This document shows positions 9,196-19,891 of a stretch of DNA of 64,000 nt, in pieces. Made by a program: the position numbers and the translations under genes. The notes beneath the pieces are model-generated. The model saw only the letters and a list, made by a program, of their open reading frames with translations. It was not told the origin of the DNA and did not search any database. Origin of the DNA: Spirochaetia bacterium (GTDB lineage: Bacteria; Spirochaetota; Spirochaetia; UBA9216). The stretch's first letter is position 1, and every line of letters begins with the position of its first letter. The DNA is taken from NCBI GenBank assembly GCA_963675665.1, contig OY776510.1, forward strand, positions 3,904,001 to 3,968,000, given 5' to 3'.

Positions 9196-12100
9196 TTATC
9201 GCTCCCCTTTTTTATCTACGCTTATATTTTCAATTCTATGTATTTCTAGCATTTCAATCCCAAATTCTTCACATATTTGCTGTTTATATTTGAAATCTTC
9301 AATTTCAAACATATATAAATATTTTCGAACTGTCTGTGATAACACATTTTTGGCTAAGGGATTGTGATCCAAATCTTTATTTAATCGTCTTAGTAAAGCT
9401 ATAGGAAATTTAATAAAATGATCTACTTTTATTACAGCATCAATTAATCTGTATGCTGTAGATTGATTAACCTTCAATAATCTTTCAAAAGTCACTGATA
9501 GATTTTCTGAACCAACAAATTGTGAAACTCTAGATATAAAAGTATAAGTAAGGATCGAGCAAATTCTTGAAAGATAAGCTATTGCATAAGCTTCAACAAT
9601 TTCACGATCTTCAGTATCGTATACGGGTTGAGTTTGCATGATCTTACTTATCTCAGTAGCTATCTTCTCAGGATTTTCCATAATTGATCTTAATATTAAA
9701 CCAAGAGGTTTTAATAGAAGAAGATAAGTATTTTCTACCAATTTTAATTTTTCATCTCCTTCTAATGATGCATAAGAATTTTTAACAACTTGTCCAATTA
9801 TTTCAGCCAACTTTATCGAATAGGATATTTTATCAACAATTGTAAGCTCTTCTTCAATATCAATACAACCATCACAATCCTCTTCCTTTTTTTCCTTATC
9901 TTCTATTTCATCTCTTTGCTTTAAGTCTGAGTTTCTAGCATCTTCAACATTAATATGATTTAAAACCAATTTAGGCATCTCATTGTAGATTTTATTTAGC
10001 TTTTTAATATCATCATCAAGTCTTATAGGCTCTTCTTCACTAAATAATAAAGTTGCGGCATTTAATAATGAATCAATAATAATTGGATCTTTACTCAAAT
10101 AAGACAGAAACATCAAAATATTTGAATAATTTTCATTGTGTGGTTTTGATGCCATATTTGAAATTGTCTCTTTGATTTTTGTCTTAGATATTTTATCTGA
10201 CATATATTTTGCTGTAAAAAAGAAGAACATATATTTATATGCAAAAAAGTAACGACCATCTTTATGTAATAATACTTCTGACTGAAGAGTTTCTTTCAAT
10301 ATTGTATCAATTCTATTTTGAATATCATGTCTCTCTGCATGGTCGTAACAGAAGCTCTCAAAATCAAGATCATCCAAATACTTATGGTCGTTATTAAACA
10401 TTGTAAACGCAAGAGAAGATAAAAAATTATTAAATGCATTAATTGCTTCTGGAGATGGATTACTATTTTTCAATGAATCTAAAATTAATGTCTGATAATA
10501 ATAACCATATGAACTCTGATGAAAATTAGTAGGATCGATTTCTGTGATATTTTGTAATAGTACTAGAATAATCAATGGATATGAAGGAGTTAAATTTTTA
10601 CCAACTATTTTATTTATAATATCTGTAACATTATCTAATTCTCTTAAATGTTCATTTATACTGTTATAAGGATCATTATTCAAGGAATACCATTTTTTAA
10701 TTAATAAGGATCGTCTAAAATTCCCAAATTCTTTAATTTGGAATAGTTTAAATCCATTGTATATAATTGAAGCCTCTGGCTCACTTCCTGTTAATTCTTC
10801 AATCTCTAATAGATCATGTGAAGTGAGTACGATATTTATAAAAATATCCTTAAGAGAATCCATATATTTCCTTCTGAATCTCCTAGGAATACTGGATTCA
10901 TCAAAATCATCAATCAATATAACTTTCTTATCATTATCGATTGTATCGAATTCACTTTCCTTTATATTTTTATATTGTAATAAAGCTTCTCTTCTAATTA
11001 GCGATTGGAGCTCTTTATTATTTGTAGATTTAATTTTAGCTCCATCTATCCAAATCGGCATATACCCATCATGCAACAATGTACGATAGAGCTTTTTTAA
11101 TACTGTGGTTCTACCACTTCGACCTTGCCCTAAAATTATGTATTTCGAACCTGTCTTTTTATTAAAATTGAGTGCATTCTCACTATTAATAACTGAAGAT
11201 TCATAAGATACTCTTTTTAGCGGATCTGGATTCAAATGATGAAAATCTGGATATACAAATATATCATCTAATTTTAAATTAGTTATTTGTGGATGATGTA
11301 AATTTGCCCCTATATCATTAATAAAATTCTTTATCTCTGCTTTTAAAGATAAATAACTTTCATTTTGTCTGGGAATAATAAGAGATATTTGTTCATCATC
11401 AACATTATTTTTAATAAGTTCGCCCTCTTTTATATCAAGTATATATTTTTCGAGCTTATAATTTCCTTCACTATTTTTCTCTATGAGATATGAATAAAAA
11501 GCATTATCTTTAGAATCTAAGAAACTGCTTCCATCAGAATAATATGTAATTTGAGATTTTTCATTGCTTCTCATACTACTTCCTAACCAATGCTCATGGC
11601 CAGTTAAAACAATATTTGAACAACTTTCAATATAATCTCTTAATCTCTTAGAACTCCAAGATTTAAACCAATTTAAAGGGTGATGCATTAAAGTTATTGA
11701 AATACCATTGCTAGGTTGCATATATTCTGATATCAGTTGCTCTGGCAGAATTATCTTTCCTTGTACCTCCGGGTTCGAAGTCATCCAAGCACTATTTATA
11801 GAAAATATATTTAATACATTATCATCAACATTAATGTTTTTTTTCCATATTATTTGGTTGTCTAGAAATGCTCCCGACATAGAATTAAATTCATTAATAA
11901 AGTCAAAAAAAGATCGTTGAGGTTCCGTACATATTTCAATTGTTTCATTATCAAGTTCTTCACTATCATCTTCATTACTTATAATATCACGTATCAATCT
12001 TTCTCTTAGTTTATTTTTTTTCTCAAAATAACAATCATGATTACCGGGAACAATAATTATTTCAGCTCTCGGTTTTCTTAGTTTATTATATTCGTCAAGT

Positions 12101-12309
12101 AAATCAGATAATAAAATATAGGCATTCAAATAACCATCAATATTACTTTGATTAGAAATATCACCAGTGATTAATAGAAGAACTAAATCACATGAATCTG
12201 CCAAATTTTTAGTAACTGTAAAAATATTGTTAAAATATGATTTCAATTCATCAGTTATTTCTCCGATATGCAAATCACTTAAATGCAAAATTAAATACTT
12301 CATATGCAC
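9196..12309 (-). CDS. Calcineurin-like metallophosphoesterase + STAND/NACHT-type NTPase (candidate anti-phage)
   Basis: HLSDLH, TGDI, PGNHD, MHHP, LTGHEH; P-loop GQGRSGRTT; Walker B VILIDDFD; helical C-terminus. Confidence 0.8.
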   Translation of the reverse strand: MHMKYLILHLSDLHIGEITDELKSYFNNIFTVTKNLADSCDLVLLLITGDISNQSNIDGYLNAYILLSDLLDEYNKLRKPRAEIIIVPGNHDCYFEKKNKLRERLIRDIISNEDDSEELDNETIEICTEPQRSFFDFINEFNSMSGAFLDNQIIWKKNINVDDNVLNIFSINSAWMTSNPEVQGKIILPEQLISEYMQPSNGISITLMHHPLNWFKSWSSKRLRDYIESCSNIVLTGHEHWLGSSMRSNEKSQITYYSDGSSFLDSKDNAFYSYLIEKNSEGNYKLEKYILDIKEGELIKNNVDDEQISLIIPRQNESYLSLKAEIKNFINDIGANLHHPQITNLKLDDIFVYPDFHHLNPDPLKRVSYESSVINSENALNFNKKTGSKYIILGQGRSGRTTVLKKLYRTLLHDGYMPIWIDGAKIKSTNNKELQSLIRREALLQYKNIKESEFDTIDNDKKVILIDDFDESSIPRRFRRKYMDSLKDIFINIVLTSHDLLEIEELTGSEPEASIIYNGFKLFQIKEFGNFRRSLLIKKWYSLNNDPYNSINEHLRELDNVTDIINKIVGKNLTPSYPLIILVLLQNITEIDPTNFHQSSYGYYYQTLILDSLKNSNPSPEAINAFNNFLSSLAFTMFNNDHKYLDDLDFESFCYDHAERHDIQNRIDTILKETLQSEVLLHKDGRYFFAYKYMFFFFTAKYMSDKISKTKIKETISNMASKPHNENYSNILMFLSYLSKDPIIIDSLLNAATLLFSEEEPIRLDDDIKKLNKIYNEMPKLVLNHINVEDARNSDLKQRDEIEDKEKKEEDCDGCIDIEEELTIVDKISYSIKLAEIIGQVVKNSYASLEGDEKLKLVENTYLLLLKPLGLILRSIMENPEKIATEISKIMQTQPVYDTEDREIVEAYAIAYLSRICSILTYTFISRVSQFVGSENLSVTFERLLKVNQSTAYRLIDAVIKVDHFIKFPIALLRRLNKDLDHNPLAKNVLSQTVRKYLYMFEIEDFKYKQQICEEFGIEMLEIHRIENISVDKKGER

Positions 12310-12383
12310 TCCATATACATTCTTTATTCTTCATCGCCCGTCGGCCGGAGGTCCGGGCGTCTTCCTCTTAGCGGAAACATTGC

Positions 12384-12532
12384 TTATAACGTTCCCAGCA
12401 TAACCGAAGTTGAAGCGCTACCAAAGGAGTGTTTTGCCATAGAGCAAAACCGACTGACCATGCTCTGCTACTTTCGCAAGCTTCAATTTGGGTGGAGGCC
12501 GAATGGCCGGAACCGGTTATGGTGTGTTAGAT
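12384..12532 (-). repeat. attC site 3 (family A)
   Basis: Minus strand ATCTAAC...GTTATAA; stem CATAACCG/CGGTTATG. Confidence 0.88.
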
Positions 12533-12659
12533 GCCGTTTCTGTCTTGGTTGGTTCTATGATGAATTTGTCAAATACAAGGATGTATTTGACAGAGCAATT
12601 GATTTCATAATTTTTTACTTTCTCCCCCTTTAAGGAATATGATACTAGGTCGTATCTCT

Positions 12660-14819
12660 TCAAGATGTTATAGCTTTTACATCATTATATAAAACACATA
12701 GGTGTTTATCTGACATGTCTATTATAGGTTCAAACATAAATGAATTAACATGGATATTCTCTGGAGTCATCAAATTAACTCTTTCTAATATCTTTGTATT
12801 CTCATTATCATCAACAAATTTTCTTTTAAATTCTTTAAATAGTTTACCAGTTTGGTTTTTTTTAATTCTACTAACAAAATCTCTATCATCTATTTTATTT
12901 ATCATAAAATCTTCAGCAAAAATGCGAATAGCCATGGATAAAACTATTTTTTTTTCTAAACAAAACCCAGATGAATCATCACTATTCACATATACTTCTG
13001 CAGTTTCACAAATAATATCTTGTATATTTTTATTATCATCTAAATCAAATTTGAATTCTATATCATTAAAAAATGATTCATAAATTTCTTTGATTTTACC
13101 AACAGTGATATTCTCACTATTTTCTTTTATATGTAATACTGAAGTTAAATCGCTAAAAATACTATTATTTCCAGTATATTCCGATAAATTCCTTGTAAAA
13201 GGTATTGATGCTATAAGCTTACTTGCATTGTCTAAATTCTTTTTCCAGAAAATAAACGGATTTGCAATATATGAATATTTTAATTTTTCAAGTTTGATAT
13301 TTCCTTCATCTCGCTCAGCAATATAAGAGCACATATATCGGTTCATTCCGATTCTGTCTTGTATCGTTCTAAAAAAATCATAATTATGCGTTAGAATAAT
13401 CATATAAAAATCATGATAATTACAAATATCTTTTAAGTATTCAATTATTGCGTATTTATTCTTATAATCAAATGAATCTGCAATATCATCTACAATAATT
13501 AAGTTTTCTGTACCTTTCTTTTTTCTTGATTCTATTTCAAAGATAATATTTAGCAGATATAGTGTTCTTCTTTCTCCTTGACTTAGTATTTTAATTAATA
13601 CGTCTTCATCAATTGGTTTATTTCCATGATAATTATATTTAATACTAGGGGCTACATCTTGAAGAACTGTTTCATCTTTATTCTCTATCTCTATATTATA
13701 GGGAACATAAAAGCGTCTATTAAATATATCTAATACTTTTTCCCAATCGGTTTTTTCTTCTTTTGCAGTTTCTACAACTTCTCTAATTTTTTCTTTATTC
13801 GTTCTGTATATATCAATTATTTCAGTATATTCAATTATCTTTTCAAAAATAAATGATAATACTACTTTTCTCTTAAATTCTTCAGGTTCACCTAATTCAG
13901 TAATTATTTCTTGATTTTCAAATAAGTATTCTCTAAGCGTTCTTAATTGTGCATTTGAAACTTTTTTATCAATTTTTTCAAATAGCTTTGAAATATCTTC
14001 ATCTTCTAATATTCTTTCTTTCTCTTCTTTAATAATCTCACTAAATGTCTCTTGATCGGAGATTTCTGTTTTATCACCATTATTATTTAAATTTATAGAA
14101 TGTTCTGCTTTAAAGAAACCATTGTCTGTTAATTGTTTATGGACTGTTGTTGCATTATAATGATTAAAATCTTTCTTCAAATATGTTGAATCTTGGATTA
14201 GCTGGTCATATCTATTTATATATTCACCTATTTCAGATTTAACAGATTTAATAAAATCAAAATTCTTTTGCTCGAATAAAATACCATAGTCGATAATGTC
14301 ATTATTGATTAAATTGTCTTTTTTGATTTCTGTTTCAAGTGTTAAAAGTAATTCTAAAAAATTATCATTATTAAACGTTTTCTCAATTTCATCAGTAATA
14401 TTTGCAGTTCTTTTTAATTTGAATAATGGTGTTATTGCTTCAATAAATTTTTCTTTCCCCTTATTGATATCCTCATATAATGCTTCATAAATTGATCTTA
14501 ATTCTTCATTAACAAGCAAGACTGTCATAGCATCTGATTTATAAGTTCTATCATAGGGATTAATTACAAAAACTTTATTAAAATCAATAATATTGTTTGA
14601 TTCATCTACAATAGTACGTAATGATTCCTTATCATTGTAAACTTCATCCTTACTATTATTACCTTTTGAAAAATCATCAAATGTTCTTGAAAAAGATGTT
14701 TTCATTACACCATTAGGAGCATATATAACATATACATTTTTATTATCGCTAAAATCAAATTCAAATTCTAAATCTTCAATTCCATAACAGTTCTTAAAAT
14801 CAATTTTTAATTTCTCCAC
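12660..14819 (-). CDS. SMC/ABC-type ATPase with coiled coil (AAA_13/RloC-like architecture; candidate defence)
   Basis: YAPNGVMKTS P-loop, LSQGERR signature, IVDDIADSFD Walker B, LTHN H-loop, C-terminal MTPENIH. GTG start. Confidence 0.7.
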   Translation of the reverse strand: MEKLKIDFKNCYGIEDLEFEFDFSDNKNVYVIYAPNGVMKTSFSRTFDDFSKGNNSKDEVYNDKESLRTIVDESNNIIDFNKVFVINPYDRTYKSDAMTVLLVNEELRSIYEALYEDINKGKEKFIEAITPLFKLKRTANITDEIEKTFNNDNFLELLLTLETEIKKDNLINNDIIDYGILFEQKNFDFIKSVKSEIGEYINRYDQLIQDSTYLKKDFNHYNATTVHKQLTDNGFFKAEHSINLNNNGDKTEISDQETFSEIIKEEKERILEDEDISKLFEKIDKKVSNAQLRTLREYLFENQEIITELGEPEEFKRKVVLSFIFEKIIEYTEIIDIYRTNKEKIREVVETAKEEKTDWEKVLDIFNRRFYVPYNIEIENKDETVLQDVAPSIKYNYHGNKPIDEDVLIKILSQGERRTLYLLNIIFEIESRKKKGTENLIIVDDIADSFDYKNKYAIIEYLKDICNYHDFYMIILTHNYDFFRTIQDRIGMNRYMCSYIAERDEGNIKLEKLKYSYIANPFIFWKKNLDNASKLIASIPFTRNLSEYTGNNSIFSDLTSVLHIKENSENITVGKIKEIYESFFNDIEFKFDLDDNKNIQDIICETAEVYVNSDDSSGFCLEKKIVLSMAIRIFAEDFMINKIDDRDFVSRIKKNQTGKLFKEFKRKFVDDNENTKILERVNLMTPENIHVNSFMFEPIIDMSDKHLCVLYNDVKAITS

Positions 14820-14958
14820 AGTTTCCTTCTCTTATAATTATTTTTCCTTAATATTTAAAAATCAGCAGATTTACCAATAATATTATTCAATCCTTCTTCA
14901 TACCCGCCACGGACGGCGGGCTCTTCCTTAAACAATCCCAACCAAGACAGAAATTGCC

Positions 14959-15105
14959 ATCTAACGGCCCGGGTTAAGCGAAGCTGATGCGCAACTTAAG
15001 GAGTGTTTTGCGAATGCGCAAAACCGACTGGCCCTGCTCTACTTCTTCGTCAGCTTCAGTTTGGGTGGAGGCCGAATGGCCGGAACCGCTTAACCATTGT
15101 TAGAT
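14959..15105 (-). repeat. attC site 4 (family A)
   Basis: Minus strand ATCTAAC...GTTAGAT; stem GGTTAAGCG/CGCTTAACC. Confidence 0.88.
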
Positions 15106-15336
15106 GCCGTTTCTTGGTTGGTTGAAGAATAAATTGGCAAAATACACGGATGTATTTTGCAACACAACCAATTTATTAATATTTCACTTCTCTTTCTCTA
15201 TCCAGAATCATGAATATAGATTTTGACTACTCCAAAACCTTTGTTAAATGTCTGTTTTACCTGACCGCACGGCGGAGCCAAGGTCTGGCTCTAATTTTAA
15301 AAATATATTTCTTATTGCTTTTTACAACACATAATA

Positions 15337-15540
15337 CTATAAGTTCTCAATTATTCGTTCAATTTCATAATCAATCAATCCTGATTTTAAATGAATATTG
15401 TTTTCTGATATATAATTCAAGATAGCATCTTCACTGATAGATTCTGGAATTAATGGCTCCATTTCCCTAATTGCTGAACTAGGAATACTAAATTCTGAGA
15501 GAATTGATGTATTTGTATTTTTGTATTTCATGGATAACAC
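15337..15540 (-). pseudogene. Probable gene remnant in a decayed cassette
   Basis: Short AT-rich ORF co-oriented with the cassettes, followed by a cassette-trailer hairpin (15262-15292) that resembles 9157-9192. Confidence 0.3.
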
Positions 15541-15736
15541 AAAGCCATTTTGGAACCTTATATTTAAACCATTTTTTTGATTACATTAAAAACAAATTGT
15601 ATTGATTCATTGATAATAACTATATAGAAATCCAAAATCAGATCAGGATTTTGGGTTATATCTTTGAACTTTTTGAGTTTAAAGAATCAATAAATCACCT
15701 GAAAGCAGAATCACCGACCGAAGAGCTGGCAATAAT

Positions 15737-15862
15737 GCTGAACGTACTCCTAATCTGGTGGCAGATGCTTATGTATGGACGGCACAATCATTAAAATGAT
15801 TCCATGAGCTGTTCACCTTATCAGCGTGATTCCTGCAAATCCTTCAGATAGAACCGTTAGAT
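15737..15862 (-). repeat. Candidate degenerate attC (different family)
   Basis: ATCTAAC about 24 nt after the beta-lactamase stop; plus strand GAAC-8nt-AATCTG...CAGATA-5nt-GTTA, a spacing like attC1. Confidence 0.35.
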
Positions 15863-15885
15863 CTCAAGCAATACTTAAAATTTTC

Positions 15886-16701
15886 CTACTCAACAATTTT
15901 TAATTCTTTTAATATTTGCAGCATTACTGTTTTTGCTTCACCATATTTACCCGGAAAATCAGATTTATTTTTTTCAAGATTTGTAGAAATAAAATAGACA
16001 TTGCTATTTGTCTCGATATATCCTACAAACCAGCTATAATAAACATTATCAAGCCTCATAACCGTTCCGGTTTTTCCTGATAATTTATAATTTTCATTTT
16101 CATCTAATGCTAAAAGCTCTTTTACTATATTCTGCGATCTCTTTGAAAATGGCAAATCCAATGAGTATAATTTCTTTATAAGTTCAATTTGCTCCATTGC
16201 AGATATTTTCATATTTCCTTCTAACCAGAAGATATCCACTCCGGAATCAATATTCTGATTACCGTAATTTAATTTATCCAGATATTCCTGCATTCGCTCA
16301 AACCCGATCCGCCTTGCAATTTCCTGATAATACCAGACTACAGAGCTTTTCATTGCACTTTCTAGGGTTTGATTTTTATTCCAGGATTTAAATTCATATT
16401 CTGTTCTATCCCATTCAATTTGATAATCTTTGTCAGAGGCAACTCCTGATTCCAAGGCAATGAGTGAATTATAAATTTTAAATGTGGAGGCCGGCAAAAT
16501 ACCCGATTCAGCCAAGTCTTCGTTATAAATAGAATATATTTTTTTATTTTGATCATAGATTATTATGCAACCCTGAGAATCAATTGCCTCAAAATATTCT
16601 CCAAAATCTTGAACCACAATTTTTTTTCCACTTTGACAACTTGTAGTCAGCATGATGAAGCCAAGTGAAATAATGATTAATATTGATTTATACTTTTTCA
16701 T
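15886..16701 (-). CDS. Putative class D (OXA-like) beta-lactamase, lipoprotein
   Basis: STFK, SVV, YGN, FWL and KTG motifs; signal peptide ending LTTSC. Confidence 0.85.
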   Translation of the reverse strand: MKKYKSILIIISLGFIMLTTSCQSGKKIVVQDFGEYFEAIDSQGCIIIYDQNKKIYSIYNEDLAESGILPASTFKIYNSLIALESGVASDKDYQIEWDRTEYEFKSWNKNQTLESAMKSSVVWYYQEIARRIGFERMQEYLDKLNYGNQNIDSGVDIFWLEGNMKISAMEQIELIKKLYSLDLPFSKRSQNIVKELLALDENENYKLSGKTGTVMRLDNVYYSWFVGYIETNSNVYFISTNLEKNKSDFPGKYGEAKTVMLQILKELKIVE

Positions 16702-17717
16702 TGTAATTCTCCTTTTATAGATATACCATGTATAGCCGGTCCTGTTACATCAATTCTATCAGTGATAATGTAAGCATCGTAGCGTTGAGGAATTAACTCC
16801 AAATCCTCTTTTGTATCGAATCCGCCTGACCAGTCACCTTTCATCATAACAAGCACAACACGACTGTTAACGCTCTCCATCCTATCAATAAATTTCATCG
16901 GCCAGCCCCATAAAAATCTTGCATACTTTAAAGGTATATGAACCCCCATATTCCTGATACTTTCCGGAATATATCCTGTCCAGCCTATCATCATATAATG
17001 AAGAAGCCCCTTTTGAAGTGTTTTTCTTGTAAAAGATTTCATTTCCGGGTAGACATTGGTAATCAACTCCAGCGCCTCATCATTACCGTATATCGAATAG
17101 TTTTCTCTCTCTTTTTCATCCATCTGCTGTAATTTCTTCAACAAGACATACCCAATCGGTTTTCCGCTATCTTTTATATGAATAAGAAACTTCTTTTCGG
17201 GAAACTCAGCCACAACCTTATCAAAAGATGGCATTAATCCTAAGGCCTTGTTTCTGAATGGAAATGTTTCTCCATTATCAAAGGTATATCCATAGCCTAT
17301 ATCCAATTCCTGCAACTCCGTTAGAGTATAGTCGATAACAAAACCTTTCCCGTTTGTTCTGTAATCCAGTAAATAATCATGAAAGACAGCCAGTTCTCCA
17401 TCCTTAGTCAGCCGCACATCAAATTCAACAACATCAGCACCGAAATCAAAAGCAGCCTGCATAGACTCTATTGTATTTTCAAGTTGATTGTGTTCAGGTT
17501 TGTATATGATTGATGCAGTATTTGTATTCCAGTTAACATTCTCAATATCAAAAGTCTGCCCCAAGCCTCGATGCGCAAGCAGCAGTGGCTTACCAGCAGG
17601 TTTGTTGTAAGTAAATATATTTGTATTATTAAAAAATATAAACAGTATAAGTCCGGCGAACGATATGAGTATAATTTTCTTTTTCAATTTTTTCTCCTCA
17701 ACTACTATCATTAGCAT
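16698..17717 (-). CDS. Glycerophosphodiester phosphodiesterase family protein
   Basis: AHRG, ENT, EFDVRLTKDG..VFHD, ITDR. Confidence 0.9.
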   Translation of the reverse strand: MLMIVVEEKKLKKKIILISFAGLILFIFFNNTNIFTYNKPAGKPLLLAHRGLGQTFDIENVNWNTNTASIIYKPEHNQLENTIESMQAAFDFGADVVEFDVRLTKDGELAVFHDYLLDYRTNGKGFVIDYTLTELQELDIGYGYTFDNGETFPFRNKALGLMPSFDKVVAEFPEKKFLIHIKDSGKPIGYVLLKKLQQMDEKERENYSIYGNDEALELITNVYPEMKSFTRKTLQKGLLHYMMIGWTGYIPESIRNMGVHIPLKYARFLWGWPMKFIDRMESVNSRVVLVMMKGDWSGGFDTKEDLELIPQRYDAYIITDRIDVTGPAIHGISIKGELQ

Positions 17718-17749
17718 GAAGACTGAATTTTCTATATAGATCTTCGGAT

Positions 17750-18673
17750 CTAATTTTTAGATTTCAACGCTGATATAAGTTCATACCGGCCTTGGCAGCT
17801 AGTTTTATGGAGAATACTGTGAACATGATGTTTGACTGTACTAATTGAGATAAATAATTCTTCTGCAATTTTTTTATTACTTAGACCGCCTCCCAACAAC
17901 ACAAGAACCTCCTGCTCTCTGTTGCTCAGCCTGAATTTCGTACAGAATTTAAGTATGCGAATCTTGTAATCATCATTAAACCGAAGAAGATTTACCATAT
18001 AAAAATTAAAAAAGAGGCCAAACAAAAATATCGAGACTGCGGACAGAGGGTAAGCCATACTCAGAGAAACTTCAGCTCTGTAAAGTTTGAACCGAATGAA
18101 GTATGCATCAATAACGCACATAACGGGTGTGGTCATTAGATAAATTGACATTAACTTATAAAATAAAGACGTAACCCCTCTTTTATTGGCTATCAAAACC
18201 AGACCAGAAACAAAAAGAATACAAAGAAAAGACAAACCAATAGAGTTCTTTAACCAAAAGAAAAGCGAATAATGTCGCCCAAATATATGATGGGAAAATT
18301 TTGACAATATAAATATCATAGTAAAAAAGCAGATAACAGGCAGAATCATTCCAGATTCGAAATCTTTCACCCCCCGATTCTCTTTTCTTGCCAATAGAGC
18401 AGTCAATAAGGAATTAACCACTAATATCGAAATTCCAATAATCGCTATTGAATCAAAACATGTATACAAAACAGAATCAATCGGGATTATATTTACAACC
18501 AGATAGCCGGAGAGAAACGAAAACAGGAGAAAAACCTCCAAACCGCAGAATGACATACATAAGTATCTGTAAAATAAATTCTGTGTTTTTATCCACCCGG
18601 CATAAAGATTACGGATATTAAGCGAGACTATCAGCATATTGATTATAAAAAATATTAGAATTATATGTTTCAT
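17750..18673 (-). CDS. Membrane-anchored LuxR-family HTH regulator
   Basis: Multiple TM segments; C-terminal [31 protein letters not shown]. Confidence 0.88.
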   Translation of the reverse strand: MKHIILIFFIINMLIVSLNIRNLYAGWIKTQNLFYRYLCMSFCGLEVFLLFSFLSGYLVVNIIPIDSVLYTCFDSIAIIGISILVVNSLLTALLARKENRGVKDFESGMILPVICFFTMIFILSKFSHHIFGRHYSLFFWLKNSIGLSFLCILFVSGLVLIANKRGVTSLFYKLMSIYLMTTPVMCVIDAYFIRFKLYRAEVSLSMAYPLSAVSIFLFGLFFNFYMVNLLRFNDDYKIRILKFCTKFRLSNREQEVLVLLGGGLSNKKIAEELFISISTVKHHVHSILHKTSCQGRYELISALKSKN

Positions 18674-18819
18674 ATTAAAAGCTGTTATATGTCAATTACC
18701 ACTTTATAAATTTTATATTTCTCATAGCCCGTCGGCCGGAGGCCCGGGCTATTTCTTCCTTATTTTACACCCATCAACGCTATATTTCTAACATTTATAT
18801 TTTTTCTCTATTTTCGTGC

Positions 18820-18965
18820 ATTTAACGACGATTTCAGCTGCGCACTCGATCCTGGAGCAGAGCGGAAGGAATTGGCGCGGTTTTAGAGTGTAGCGAGATC
18901 AGCGCGAAACGTCTCTGCTAAAACCGAGACAATAGACGGCGACTGCTGCATTTGTCATGTCATAC
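18820..18965 (-). repeat. attC site of a second family (B)
   Basis: Minus strand GTATGAC...GTTAAAT; stems GACGATTTCAGC/GCTGCATTTGTC and CGGTTTTAG/CTAAAACCG. The end TCCGTATGAC matches the cassette start GTTATACGGA at 19789. Confidence 0.65.
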
Positions 18966-19022
18966 GGATTTTTTCTTTCTATCTTTATATCTCCTTAAAT
19001 TTGTGACTTTTCTATTATATAA

Positions 19023-19640
19023 TTATTTAATCTTTTTCACTATATAATCAATATATACTTGTCGGATAAATTCACCTTCAAACATTCTTTCCAGAATTCT
19101 TTTTTCTTTGATTATCAATTTCATATCTTTAAAATATCTATCTGCTTCTATATCTTCATGAAACACGTGTATCACTTTATCATTATCCTCTTCTTGTTCA
19201 AATTCCATATTCCCTAATTCAATTCCAATTCCACACATAAAATCATCGACCGATAAAAAGTTAAGAAAAAGTAATCCATTAGTCTTTAAAACTCTTTTTA
19301 TCTCTATTATTGATTCTTCAATATCTTCTTTTTTCATATGAAATATGGAATTATAGGAATAAACAGCATCAAATTCTTGATCAGAATAAGGTAACTTTTT
19401 CATATTCCCTTTTATAATATTTAGTTCTTGATCTCTCAATTTTGAAAATTCATATGCAGCGTCTATTTGTTTGTCATTATTTTCGATACCATAAGTATCA
19501 TATCCATATTCTTTAAACAAACTTAATGGCGGTTGATTGCCACCTGCACCACAATCTAATATTTTTTTGTCAGAACATTCACTATTACATATACTTAGAA
19601 ATCTATACAAAGGAATTTGTCTAAATACTTGTTTCATCAA
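19023..19640 (-). CDS. Class I SAM-dependent methyltransferase
   Basis: ILDCGAGG, GNMKKLPY..FDAV, RVLKTNG. Confidence 0.88.
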   Translation of the reverse strand: MMKQVFRQIPLYRFLSICNSECSDKKILDCGAGGNQPPLSLFKEYGYDTYGIENNDKQIDAAYEFSKLRDQELNIIKGNMKKLPYSDQEFDAVYSYNSIFHMKKEDIEESIIEIKRVLKTNGLLFLNFLSVDDFMCGIGIELGNMEFEQEEDNDKVIHVFHEDIEADRYFKDMKLIIKEKRILERMFEGEFIRQVYIDYIVKKIK

Positions 19641-19891
19641 TTAACCTCATTTTCTTATTACATATTTGAAATCATACATATATTTCATATTTATTAATTT
19701 TATCAACTATTTCACGAAGTCTGAATCACCCCTAAATGACCCACATATTTGTTACATTCCTTAAAGATGAATTTATAATTCCGTATAACATATTATGCTT
19801 AGTGTTTTACTTAAATACTATTAAATTCTTCTCCTGCCAGCCATGGATGGCAGGCTCTTCCTTAAAAAATCCCAACCAAGAAAGAAATTGC

